64,000 nt of DNA from Anaerolineae bacterium. Its GTDB lineage: Bacteria > Chloroflexota > Anaerolineae > B4-G1 > DUEL01. Where the stretch lies: contig JANXCY010000013.1 of the NCBI GenBank assembly GCA_025060135.1, positions 2,203-66,202 of the forward strand, read 5' to 3'. This document shows, piece by piece, positions 35,822 to 45,339 of the stretch. Made by a program: the position numbers and the translations under genes. How positions within the stretch are numbered: position 1 is the first letter of the stretch; every line of letters begins with the position of its first letter. Below the pieces are notes generated by a model, which saw only the letters and a list, made by a program, of their open reading frames with translations, ran no database searches and was not told the DNA's origin.

Positions 35822-37510
35822 ATGGACATCCCAAATCTCCGCTGGTGGGGATGGGGCACCCTGGACCGGTCTTACTCCCTGGAAAACCGGCCGCGTTTCT
35901 GGCCCACCCTGCGGGCTTGGCTGGGACTGCCGGACGACCTGACGGAACGCCCGCCAGTCCCCCTGGAGTCCATCCAACTCCGACCGTCCCGCCTGGATGA
36001 CCCGGTCCTGGCCTCTCTGCGCCGGCTGGTCGGAGAGGAAGCAGTCCGGCTGGACCAACGTGCCCGCGTAGAGCACGCCTGCGGCAAAGGCTACCGGGAC
36101 CTGGTGCGCGTGCGGGCCGGCTATATCCCCAACCCGCCGGATGCCGTCGTCTATCCGGCCGACGAGGGACAGGTGGCCGCCATCGTCGCCTGGGCCGCCG
36201 ACCGGGATATTCTCATCATCCCTTTCGGTGGCGGGAGCACCGTCACCGGTGCCGTGGAGCCCCCTCCCGACAACCGCCCTGCCATCAGCCTGGACCTGGC
36301 CCGGCTGGACCGACTGGTCTCCATAGACCCCGTTTCCCGGACCGCCCGCATCCAGGCCGGCGCGACCGGGCCGGAAGTGGAGGCCCAACTGAACGCGCAT
36401 GGCTTCACCCTGGGCCATTTTCCCCTCTCCTTTGAGTTTTCCACTCTCGGCGGCTGGATCGCCACCCGGGGCGCGGGTCAAGCCTCTGCCGGCTACGGCA
36501 AAATAGAGCATATGACCCAGGCGGTCCAGGTCGTCACGCCGATGGGCATCATAGAGACGCGCGACGTCCCCGCCAGCGCTACCGGCCCCAGTCTGCTGGA
36601 CATCCTGGTGGGTTCGGAGGGGGCCTGTGGGGTCATCACCCAGGCGACCATGCGTATCTGCCCCCGCCCCGAGGTCCAGGACTATCGTGGGTTCCTTTTC
36701 CAACACCTGGACAATGCCATCGCCGCGCTGCGCGACCTGATGCAGGAGGGCCCCTGCCCCACCATCGCCTGCCTTTCTGACCCGGAGGAGGCCGCCGGTC
36801 TTGCCGCCCTTGCCCCTGCCTACTCCGGCCTGCAGGCCCTGATAGACCGGGCCATGGACCGATACCTGACCTGGGTGGGCCACCGCATGACCCGTGGCAG
36901 TGGCCTTCTGCTCCTGGGCTACGACGGCCGCCCAGAGGACGTCCGCTCTCGCTGGCGGCGCGCGATCCCAATCTGCCGGGACCACGGCGGTCTGCCCCTG
37001 GGCCGCGGCGTCGGTGAATCCTGGAAACGGGAACGGTTCGCCCTGCCATACCTGCGGGATACGCTCCTGAGCGTCGGGATTCTGGTGGATACCCTGGAGA
37101 CAGCCACCACCTGGTCCAACCTGCTTCACCTCTACGAGGCGATGACAGCGGCCATTCGGGCGGCCATCCGGGATACCGGCGGCGGCCCCGGATATGTGAT
37201 GACCCGGGTCACCCACAGTTCCCCATGGGGGGCCGCTCTGTGTACTACTTTCCTGGGCCGCCAGGTGCCCGGTGCAGAGATTGAACAGTGGTGGGCCGTG
37301 AAGGAAGCGGCAACGGAGGCGATTCTGACAGCCGGAGGGACGCTCAGCCATCATTATGGCAGCGGCCGCGACCATGCTCGCTGGCTCCGGGAAGAAGTCG
37401 GTCCGCTGGGCCTGAAGACTCTGCAAGCCATCAAGGCCACCCTGGACCCCACCGGCATTATGAACCCGGGCGTCCTGCTCCCGCTGCCGACCCCAGGGGA
37501 TAGATCATAG
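35822..37510 (+). CDS. FAD-binding oxidoreductase, alkyl-DHAP-synthase-like
   Basis: WWGWG, PDAVVYP, PFGGGS.V, GHFP.SFEFSTLGGWIATR, GSEG..GVIT, DP.GIMNPG. Confidence 0.8.
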   Translation: MDIPNLRWWGWGTLDRSYSLENRPRFWPTLRAWLGLPDDLTERPPVPLESIQLRPSRLDDPVLASLRRLVGEEAVRLDQRARVEHACGKGYRDLVRVRAGYIPNPPDAVVYPADEGQVAAIVAWAADRDILIIPFGGGSTVTGAVEPPPDNRPAISLDLARLDRLVSIDPVSRTARIQAGATGPEVEAQLNAHGFTLGHFPLSFEFSTLGGWIATRGAGQASAGYGKIEHMTQAVQVVTPMGIIETRDVPASATGPSLLDILVGSEGACGVITQATMRICPRPEVQDYRGFLFQHLDNAIAALRDLMQEGPCPTIACLSDPEEAAGLAALAPAYSGLQALIDRAMDRYLTWVGHRMTRGSGLLLLGYDGRPEDVRSRWRRAIPICRDHGGLPLGRGVGESWKRERFALPYLRDTLLSVGILVDTLETATTWSNLLHLYEAMTAAIRAAIRDTGGGPGYVMTRVTHSSPWGAALCTTFLGRQVPGAEIEQWWAVKEAATEAILTAGGTLSHHYGSGRDHARWLREEVGPLGLKTLQAIKATLDPTGIMNPGVLLPLPTPGDRS

Positions 37511-37610
37511 ATCCCAGCGAAAATGTTCACTGTCGGCTGCACAGCAGCGGAGCGGCATTCAGGCTCCACGGCATTCCTCGATCATGCCTCATGCCTAACG
37601 AATTTTCCAA

Positions 37611-39173
37611 ATGTACTCTGAGACGACCCCACGGAACACGAAAAACGCAACACGGATGAAACGCCGTCGCACCGACTGGGCCGCCCTTCAGGGCTGTGCG
37701 CTCACCGGATTCGTACTGCTCTGGCTGATCGGAGCCGGACTGGTGGGGTATACGTTTGTTGCGCTGGGCCGGCAGCCGACGCCCACCCCGGTGCCGCCAC
37801 CGACTCCTCCGCCCTCTCCTACGCCGACAGCGACCCTCACTCCGACCCCTACGCCCAGCCCAACGCCGACCTTCACCCCGACACCGATGCCCAGCCCGAC
37901 CCCAACTCCAACGCGTACTGCGACGCCGACTCCCCGCCCCACTCTCCCCCTGCTCTTTCCGCCGGGCACCATGGTTATTCCTTCTCCCTTCCCGATGCCC
38001 ACGCCCGACCCCAACGCGCCCCCTGATGCAGCCATCCCGACGCCCGTGAGTCCCATCCCCGTCGCCGCCGACGCCGTCAACATCGTCGTCTTGGGCAGCG
38101 ATAAACGCCCCCATTGGACGGAATGGCACACCGACGCCATCCACATCGTCTCCATCCAGCGGAACCGGGCTGTCGTCTCCGTCATCTCCATCCCGCGCGA
38201 CCTCTATGTCTACATCCCCGGCGACGGGATGAACCGCATCAACATGGCCGACTACCACGGCGAGGCTACCGGCTACCCGGGCGGCGGGTGGGGCAACCTG
38301 CGGGATACGCTCCTCTACAACCTGGGCATCCGCGCGGACTACTACGTCCGCACCGACTTTGACGGCCTCATCGGCATCGTAGACGCGCTGGGCGGCATAG
38401 AAGTCCCCGTCCACTGCCGCCTGAGCGACCACTGGCCTTATCCCGACGCCAGCGGACAGTACCCCATCTTCACCCTGGAACCGGGCGTCCACCATCTGGA
38501 CGGCGAACAGGCCCTCTGGTACGCCCGCTCCCGGATGACGACCAGCGTCTTCTCCCGGGACCGCCGTCAGCAACAGGTCTTGCAGGCCATCTGGCACAAA
38601 ATCCGGGACGGCGGCTGGCTGGCCCAAATTCCCACCCTTTGGGACCAGTTCCAGAGCATGTTTGTGACCAACTTAGACCTGCCCACCGTCCTGGACCTGG
38701 CACGGGTGGCCTTTTTCCTGCCGGAACAGAACATCCGCTATTACAATATTGGCGCGCAGCATGTAACGCCCTGGGTAACCTCCTGGGGCGGGAACGTCTT
38801 CGTGCCCCGGTGGGAGGCGATAGAGCCACTCCTGCGGGAAGCCATGGCGCCGCCTTCCGAAGGCCGCCTGACCCGAACCTTTATGCCCGTGGAAGTCTGG
38901 AACGGGACCCCCAACCCGGACTGGGACCTGCTGGCGGTGGACCGGCTGATCCGGGCAGGCTTCCCGGCCATCCCAGGTCAACCGGATCGCCGGGATTACC
39001 CCCAGACGATGCTCATTGTCTTCCGGGAGCATGCCAAGGGGATAGGCGTGGAGGACCTGAAACGGATGTTCGGGATTCCTGAGGAGCGGGTGTCCTACGA
39101 GCCTAACTGGGGCACCGCCTACGGCTTCCGCCTGATCATCGGCGCCGATTATCAGACGTGCTATGAGAGATAG
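37611..39173 (+). CDS. LytR-CpsA-Psr (LCP) family protein with Pro/Thr linker and LytR_C-like domain (start may be 37656)
   Basis: LGSD.R, TD, SIPRDLYV, RIN.A, YARSR, R.RRQQ; C-terminal VEVWNGT and IIGADY. Confidence 0.88.
   Translation: MYSETTPRNTKNATRMKRRRTDWAALQGCALTGFVLLWLIGAGLVGYTFVALGRQPTPTPVPPPTPPPSPTPTATLTPTPTPSPTPTFTPTPMPSPTPTPTRTATPTPRPTLPLLFPPGTMVIPSPFPMPTPDPNAPPDAAIPTPVSPIPVAADAVNIVVLGSDKRPHWTEWHTDAIHIVSIQRNRAVVSVISIPRDLYVYIPGDGMNRINMADYHGEATGYPGGGWGNLRDTLLYNLGIRADYYVRTDFDGLIGIVDALGGIEVPVHCRLSDHWPYPDASGQYPIFTLEPGVHHLDGEQALWYARSRMTTSVFSRDRRQQQVLQAIWHKIRDGGWLAQIPTLWDQFQSMFVTNLDLPTVLDLARVAFFLPEQNIRYYNIGAQHVTPWVTSWGGNVFVPRWEAIEPLLREAMAPPSEGRLTRTFMPVEVWNGTPNPDWDLLAVDRLIRAGFPAIPGQPDRRDYPQTMLIVFREHAKGIGVEDLKRMFGIPEERVSYEPNWGTAYGFRLIIGADYQTCYER
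37775..37945 (+). repeat. Low-complexity Pro/Thr (PT)n coding repeat
   Basis: PTPTPVPPPTPPPSPTPTATLTPTPTPSPTPTFTPTPMPSPTPTPTRTATPTPRPT. Confidence 0.8.
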
Positions 39174-40065
39174 ACCTGTGGTGGTCATAAAGGGCGGCGG
39201 TGATCTGGGCACGGGTGTCGCCTGGCGGCTCCACCGCTGCGGCTTTCGCGTCCTGGTTACCGAGATTGCCCGGCCCACGGTCATCCGCCGCGCGGTGGCC
39301 TTCGCCTCGGCGGTCTATGAGGGAACCATCACCGTAGATGGCGTTACCGCGCGGCGGGTGGAGGATGAGGCCGGTATCCGGGCCGCCTGGGCCGCCGACG
39401 AGGTCCCCGTTGTCGTGGACCCGCAGGCGGAATGGGCCGCGCGCCTCCGCCCCCTGGCGGTGATAGACGCCATCATGGCCAAGCGCAACACCGGCACCCG
39501 GATCACCGATGCACCGATTGTGGTGGCGCTGGGACCGGGATTCGTCGCCGGCGTGGATTGCCATGCGGTGGTGGAGACCCATCGGGGCCACAACCTGGGA
39601 CGGGTCATCCTGGAAGGGAGCGCCGAGCCGGATACGGGCGTCCCTGGCGAGCTGGGCGGCGAGAGCGCGCGGCGGGTCCTGCGCGCGCCCACCGACGGCA
39701 TCTTTCGGGGAATCCGCGCCATCGGCGACCAGGTACAGGCCGGAGAGGCGGTGGCCTATGTGGACAACGTCCCCGTCCTATCCCAACTGGACGGCGTCCT
39801 GCGAGGCCTCCTCCACGACGGGCTGAGAGTACGCGCGGGGATGAAGGTGGGGGATGTGGACCCCCGGGCCGTCGTCGCCCACTGCTTCACCATCTCCGAT
39901 AAGGCCCTGGCAGTCGGCGGAGGAGTGCTGGAAGCGGTCCTCTACCTGGCCCGCCGGGTTTCCCGCTCCCCAGAGGGTGCAGGAGCCATCGGAGATGATA
40001 TAGGGATGGGGCGGCAGCCTGAGACTACCGTCCCATCCCCTGGTCCTTCGCCTCTCCCAGATTAG
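39163..40065 (+). CDS. yqeB: Selenium-dependent molybdenum hydroxylase accessory protein YqeB
   Basis: KGGGDLGTGVA.RL, P.VIRR.VAF, DAIMAKRN.GT, LGPGF, ET.RGH.LG, G.LRGL, KVGDVDPR, SDKALA.GG. Confidence 0.9.
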   Translation: MRDRPVVVIKGGGDLGTGVAWRLHRCGFRVLVTEIARPTVIRRAVAFASAVYEGTITVDGVTARRVEDEAGIRAAWAADEVPVVVDPQAEWAARLRPLAVIDAIMAKRNTGTRITDAPIVVALGPGFVAGVDCHAVVETHRGHNLGRVILEGSAEPDTGVPGELGGESARRVLRAPTDGIFRGIRAIGDQVQAGEAVAYVDNVPVLSQLDGVLRGLLHDGLRVRAGMKVGDVDPRAVVAHCFTISDKALAVGGGVLEAVLYLARRVSRSPEGAGAIGDDIGMGRQPETTVPSPGPSPLPD

Positions 40066-40132
40066 AGCACCCAGTGGCGCGCTCCGGGACGGTGAACCGC
40101 TATGCCTGCGGGTGAATCCATCCGAAGGGCAC

Positions 40133-41068
40133 TCACCCGAGCAATCCCTGGAGCCCATACCCCGCGCCCAGCAGCAACCCCGTTAGCAGGTGGATGCGGA
40201 TGGTGAGCGCGTTGGCCGGGGTCAGTTCGCGCGGGTGGTCGTAGTGCACCCGGGCAATGCGGTAAGCCCGCACGGCCAGCGGAACCGTCAGCAGGCCGAT
40301 CAGCGCAAAGGGAGTGATCATATTCAGCAGGACCCCAACCAGGATGGAAAGATACGTAAGGGCCAGCATAATCCCGTAGGCCATGGCCGCCCGACGGCGC
40401 CCAAGCCGTACCACCAGGTGATTCTTCCCCACCGCTGCGTCGGCCCGCATATCCTGGAATTCGTTGATCCAGAGGATCAGCGTAACCAGCAGGCCAACGG
40501 GGATAGCCGCCATCACCGGCTCCCAGGCCAACTGCTGGGTCTGGACTGCGTAGGCGCCCAGGACCATCAGCGGGCCGAAGCAGAGCCCCACGGCCAGTTC
40601 TCCCAGGCCCGTCCGCGCCAGGCGGATGGGCGGCGCAGTGTAAAAGTACCCACAGAAGACGCCGATGATTCCCAGCCAGAGGATGGCCCAACTGCGGGTG
40701 AAAGCCAGGAACAGGCCAATCAGCCCACCCAGAACGAAAAAGCCAATCCCCTGCCAGAGCATCTCCTCGGGTTTGACCAGACCCATCTGGATGAGGCGGC
40801 TGCCGCCGGTGAAGGGGCTGGCAAATTCGGTATTGACCTCATCGGAGCCCCATTTGTGATCAAAGTAGTCGTTGGTCATATTGGTACCCGCATTGAGGGC
40901 AACGGCCCCGACAAGGGTGAGCAGAAAGTACCAGAGGTTAAAGGCCCCCGTCCGGGCCCAGGCCAGGGCTGTCCCCAGCACGACCGGGACAATGTCGGCC
41001 ACGAAGAACGGGGCCCGCGTCTTGACCACCCAGAGGGGCGGCATCTGGGGTTGAGCCATATCGGTCAT
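40133..41068 (-). CDS. menA: 1,4-dihydroxy-2-naphthoate polyprenyltransferase
   Basis: N..NDYFD...G.D, TGGSR, YT.PP, GLGE, NE..D...D...GK..L.VRLG. Confidence 0.85.
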   Translation of the reverse strand: MTDMAQPQMPPLWVVKTRAPFFVADIVPVVLGTALAWARTGAFNLWYFLLTLVGAVALNAGTNMTNDYFDHKWGSDEVNTEFASPFTGGSRLIQMGLVKPEEMLWQGIGFFVLGGLIGLFLAFTRSWAILWLGIIGVFCGYFYTAPPIRLARTGLGELAVGLCFGPLMVLGAYAVQTQQLAWEPVMAAIPVGLLVTLILWINEFQDMRADAAVGKNHLVVRLGRRRAAMAYGIMLALTYLSILVGVLLNMITPFALIGLLTVPLAVRAYRIARVHYDHPRELTPANALTIRIHLLTGLLLGAGYGLQGLLG

Positions 41069-41106
41069 CGCTGATCACCTCCTGGAAAGATTGAGCCGAA
41101 CGACAA

Positions 41107-41172
41107 GGACCTCCGCCGGTGCCCTGTCGCCAGGCCGCCGGGCTGAGCACACAGGCCCACCGCCTGCGCTAC
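41107..41172 (-). repeat. REPIN-like pair (one intact and one degenerate GTAG-type REP) in the menA leader
   Basis: The reverse complement of 41150-41172 reads GTAG-CGCAGGC-GGTGG-GCCTGTG; 41107-41145 aligns with 30008-30047. Confidence 0.5.
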
Positions 41173-41384
41173 GGATCACCGGGAAGGTGTGTCGTAACGC
41201 CCACTCATTATACCATGCCCCGCCCCCCAATTCCTCTTCGCTGGCCAGCAAGGGGAGATCTCCAAAAACACCAGGTGGAAAGACGGTCGTATCCACTGGC
41301 AACCGAGAGAGAACGATACGCCCGACTTGCCCGGTCGCAGCGCCTGTGTTATGATTGAGCAAGCCTTTATAATGTAGCAGGGGA

Positions 41385-42728
41385 GTGCCGATGATTTCTT
41401 GGGACGTTGAAATTGCCGAGGCCATTCGCCATCTCCAGGCTCTGATCCGCATCCCCACCGTCAATCCGCCAGGGAACGAGAAACCGGCAGCGGAGTACCT
41501 GGCGGATGTACTCGCCGCCGAGGGGTACGACCCAGTCGTGCTGGAATCGGCGCCGGGGCGGGGGAACGTCGTCGCCCGCTACCGGGGAAGCGGAGAGGCA
41601 CCGCCACTCTTGCTCCTTTCCCACCTGGACGTGGTGCCAGCCGAGCGGGAGAAATGGGAGCGCGACCCCTTCGGCGGCGAACTGGTGGACGGCTACGTCT
41701 GGGGGCGCGGGGCGCTGGATATGAAATTCGCCACCGCGATGCAACTGGAAACGATGCTCCTCCTGGCCCGCCAGGGACTCCCCCTGAAACGGGACGTCAT
41801 TTTCGCCGCCACTGCCGACGAAGAGGCGGGAGGCCGTTACGGCATCGGCTACCTGATAGACCACCACCCGGAGAAAATCCGCGCGGAATACGCGCTGACG
41901 GAATTCGGCGGATTCCCCCTCAACGTGGGCGGAAAGCGCATCTACCTCTGCCAGACGGCGGAGAAGGGCATCTGCTGGGTGCGGATGCGGGCCCGGGGAG
42001 CACCAGGACACGGGTCTGTTCCTCACCAGGACAACGCGGTGGTCAAACTGGCGGAGGCGGTAGCGAAACTGGGCCGGGCTACTCTCCCCTTCCACCACAC
42101 CGACACGGTGGCCGGGATGGTGGAGGGGATGGCCGCCGCGCTGGGTGGCCTGCGGGGTACGGTCCTGCGCGGCATTCTGAATCCGACGTTAAGTTCCCTG
42201 ATCCTGCGCCGGGCCATCCGGGACCCTCAGCAGGTGCGTTACTTCCACGCGCTCCTGCACAACACCGTTTCTCCTACCGTCCTGCGGGCTGGGAGCAAGA
42301 CCAACGTCATCCCGTCGGAGGCGGAGGCGGAACTGGATGGCCGGATTCTCCCCGGGCAAGACCTGAATTCCTTCCTGGCCGAAGTGCGGGCCGTTGTAGG
42401 AGACGGCTTGGAGTTTGAGCCCATTCTGGTGGCACCCCCGGTGGCGACGGACCACCGGACTCCGCTTTTTGCGGCGATGGCGGAGGGATTGCGTCGGCGC
42501 GACCCGGAGGCGGTTGCGGTGCTGCCCATGATGGTAACCGGCGGGACGGACGCGAAACACCTGGCGCGGGCTGGCATCCCCTGCTACGGCTTCACCCCGG
42601 TCCAGTTGCCGCCGGAGATGAACTTTATGCAGATGATCCACGGCCACAACGAACGAGTCCCGGTGGACGGCCTGGCCTTCGGCGTCCGGGTGCTGTATGA
42701 GGTCGTGGTGGAGTTTTGTCAGAAGTAA
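41385..42728 (+). CDS. M20/M25/M40 family metallo-hydrolase
   Basis: SHLDVVP, GRGALDMK, ADEE.GG, EKG, GHGS, GGTD, HGHNER. Confidence 0.9.
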   Translation: MPMISWDVEIAEAIRHLQALIRIPTVNPPGNEKPAAEYLADVLAAEGYDPVVLESAPGRGNVVARYRGSGEAPPLLLLSHLDVVPAEREKWERDPFGGELVDGYVWGRGALDMKFATAMQLETMLLLARQGLPLKRDVIFAATADEEAGGRYGIGYLIDHHPEKIRAEYALTEFGGFPLNVGGKRIYLCQTAEKGICWVRMRARGAPGHGSVPHQDNAVVKLAEAVAKLGRATLPFHHTDTVAGMVEGMAAALGGLRGTVLRGILNPTLSSLILRRAIRDPQQVRYFHALLHNTVSPTVLRAGSKTNVIPSEAEAELDGRILPGQDLNSFLAEVRAVVGDGLEFEPILVAPPVATDHRTPLFAAMAEGLRRRDPEAVAVLPMMVTGGTDAKHLARAGIPCYGFTPVQLPPEMNFMQMIHGHNERVPVDGLAFGVRVLYEVVVEFCQK

Positions 42729-42734
42729 ATTAGA

Positions 42735-42830
42735 TCGCACGTCGCACGGCGCAGGTCGCAGGGCGCAAGGTCGCAAGTGGAGGATGGAGGCAAATCTACT
42801 TGCATGAAATCTTGCTTCCGGCAATCCTGC
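42735..42830. repeat. Heptamer tandem repeat with a partial inverted arm
   Basis: TCGCACG TCGCACG GCGCAGG TCGCAGG GCGCAAGG TCGCAAG, then CTTGC, CTTGC, CCTGC. Confidence 0.6.
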
Positions 42831-42862
42831 TTCTTCCAATCTCATCTTTCCGGAGGTGAACG

Positions 42863-43060
42863 ATGGAGTGCAAACAGGAACGCAATCTAACCCGCTGTAC
42901 CTGCACCTATGAACCCTGTCCCCGCAAAGGGCTCTGCTGCGAGTGTCTCTTCTACCATCTGAGCCACGACGAACTGCCCGGGTGCGTCTTCCCGCCCGAA
43001 GCGGAGCGGACTTACAACCGGTCCAAACGGTATTTTGCGCAGATTTACAGCAGAAAGTAA
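42863..43060 (+). CDS. Small Cys-rich protein (DUF6485-like)
   Basis: MEC...N...CTCTY.PC.RKG.CCEC..YH....LPGC.FP..AE.TY.RS; SD GGAGGT. Confidence 0.8.
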   Translation: MECKQERNLTRCTCTYEPCPRKGLCCECLFYHLSHDELPGCVFPPEAERTYNRSKRYFAQIYSRK

Positions 43061-43068
43061 CTGCGCTG

Positions 43069-45339
43069 ATGGGAACGACAACCGCCACGGGGTCGGGATC
43101 AGAAACGGATCGCAGGATAACTCTCGCTGCTGTTGGTGTGGTGATCGTTTTCCTGACGATTGGCCTCTGGTATACCCTGTGGAACCCGATCGGGGAGGGA
43201 GTAGACGAGGGGGACCACTTTGAGTATGTGCGCTACATCAAAGAGCGCCGTGCGCTTCCCATTCAGCCCTGGCAAGACAACGGTCGGCCCCTGCTGGTCA
43301 GTATGGGACATCACCCTCCCCTCTACTACACCCTTCTTGCCATCGGTATAGCCTGGATCGACACCCGGGATGCACCGGATGTTCTGATTCGGAATCCTCA
43401 CTTTGTGTGGGGGGTGGATCATCCTCGCAATGGGTGGAACGTGTATCTCCACTCACCGGCGGAGAAATGGCCTTGGCGCGGGACAGTACTGGCGTTTCAT
43501 GTCGGACGAGGGTTGACCCTGCTATTCGGAGCCCTAACCCTGTGGGCCGTTTATCGGATTGGTCGCCTCCTGATTTCTGACTATCCCTGGATCGCGGTAA
43601 CCGGGATGGCCTGGCTGGCTTTCAACCCCTCGTTCATCTTTATGTGCAGTGCCATTCACCACGATGCTCTGATGGCTGCCCTGTACACGGCCGGAATGTG
43701 GTGGCTGGTACGCCTCTTTGACCAACCATGCACCCCCCGAGAAGGGATGATGGGTGGCCTCCTTCTGGGGGCGGCTATGTTGACCAAACTCTCCGGGCTC
43801 AGCCTCGCGCTGGTTTATGGATGGGGTTTTCTGCTGCTTGGCATTTCGCGCAAATCGTTTCGTCCGATTCTGCCCGGAATGATGACGACTTTCGGGGTTG
43901 CTCTTCTGGTCTCCGGCTGGTGGTATGGGCGCAACTGGGCCCTTTACGGCGACCCCCTGGGTTGGGAAATGTACCGTTCCATCTTCTGGTTCAATTTCCG
44001 CTCCACTCCCTTTACATGGGACACCTTCGTCCATGAGCTTCTCTATCAGACCGCACAAACCTTCTGGGGCGCCTTCGGGTTTATGCACATCACGCTTCCC
44101 CCAACCATCTGGTGGACGCTCTGGAAGATCGTGGCCGTCCTCACAGGGATCGCCGTAATCGCGATCCTTCGCCGACCCTATCGTTTTTTTAAGGAGAAGC
44201 GATGGGCGCCATGGTTGGGAATGGCGGGGGGATTCCTTTTTCTTTTCGGAGCGCTGATCCGAAACGCTATAGCAGTGGGCGGAGCCGGACACGCCCGATA
44301 TCTCTTTCCAGGTGTAACCGTCCTGGTCTTGCTGTGGGCCCTAGGGACGCACGCCCTGACCGCCTTTCGCTTCCAGCCCCTGCTGACAGGATTGGTCTCC
44401 CTGGGACTGGCCCTGTATGCGGTGTGGGTCCCCTACCAGTTTGTGATCCCCCTGTATCCATTACCCGAGATCGCGTCCGAAAAAGAAAGCGCATCGGCGG
44501 ATTCCCTTCATATATGCTTTGCGAGCGCAGTCTGTATCCGTTCCGGAAACCTGATCCCCCAGGATGCTCCGGGCGCTTATGTGCTGACCCTCTACTGGGA
44601 AGCATTGCCGGGGGATCGCCCGGACCTGTTTGCCCATCTGCGCGTTCAGGGGGAAGACGGAACAACTCTGATCAAGGACGCTTTCTGGCCCATTCCCAGT
44701 TTCTCCACCATAGCCTGGGAACCGGGCACCATATATCGGACTCGCCATCTCCTACAACTTCCTGGCGGTACGCCCCCGGGCACCTTTATTCTGGAAATGG
44801 CCCTGACAGTGAATCGGGATGGCGAGCCCCTCCCGGTGCGGACAGTAACCGGAGAGAAGGGGGAGGGCTTTGCTCCTATTATGCGCCTCACCCTGAATCA
44901 AGCCGTGCCCCTATCGGTATCTCCTGAGATTTCCCGAACGGAAGAATTGGAATACCGGATTCGTCTGCTGGGATATTCGCTGGGAAAGCGGACCTGGCAT
45001 CCGGGGGAGACGATAACGCTCACACTGTTCTGGCAACCCCGAGAAGCGATTCAGCCCAACCTGGTCGTCTTTGTGCATGTCCTGGACAAGCAGGGGAATC
45101 TTGTTGCCCAACACGACGGAGTGCCCGACCAGGGAAGACGTCCGACCCCCTTCTGGCAGCCAGGTGTCCTCGTGGTAGATTCCCACCCCGTGCCTCTCCC
45201 CGCAGATTTACCTCCTGGCGATTATGCGTTATGGGTAGGGATGTACCGGTGGCCTGAACTCCAACGGCTTCGGATACAGGAAGGAGCGGCTGCGGGGAAT
45301 GACCGCATTTTCCTGGAAACCATCCAGGTGAGACCGTGA
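43069..45339 (+). CDS. GT-C membrane glycosyltransferase (ArnT/GT39-like) with two C-terminal beta-sandwich domains
   Basis: DEGDH after TM1, HHPPLYY, AMLTK, RNW.LYGDP, ARYLFP. Confidence 0.8.
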   Translation: MGTTTATGSGSETDRRITLAAVGVVIVFLTIGLWYTLWNPIGEGVDEGDHFEYVRYIKERRALPIQPWQDNGRPLLVSMGHHPPLYYTLLAIGIAWIDTRDAPDVLIRNPHFVWGVDHPRNGWNVYLHSPAEKWPWRGTVLAFHVGRGLTLLFGALTLWAVYRIGRLLISDYPWIAVTGMAWLAFNPSFIFMCSAIHHDALMAALYTAGMWWLVRLFDQPCTPREGMMGGLLLGAAMLTKLSGLSLALVYGWGFLLLGISRKSFRPILPGMMTTFGVALLVSGWWYGRNWALYGDPLGWEMYRSIFWFNFRSTPFTWDTFVHELLYQTAQTFWGAFGFMHITLPPTIWWTLWKIVAVLTGIAVIAILRRPYRFFKEKRWAPWLGMAGGFLFLFGALIRNAIAVGGAGHARYLFPGVTVLVLLWALGTHALTAFRFQPLLTGLVSLGLALYAVWVPYQFVIPLYPLPEIASEKESASADSLHICFASAVCIRSGNLIPQDAPGAYVLTLYWEALPGDRPDLFAHLRVQGEDGTTLIKDAFWPIPSFSTIAWEPGTIYRTRHLLQLPGGTPPGTFILEMALTVNRDGEPLPVRTVTGEKGEGFAPIMRLTLNQAVPLSVSPEISRTEELEYRIRLLGYSLGKRTWHPGETITLTLFWQPREAIQPNLVVFVHVLDKQGNLVAQHDGVPDQGRRPTPFWQPGVLVVDSHPVPLPADLPPGDYALWVGMYRWPELQRLRIQEGAAAGNDRIFLETIQVRP

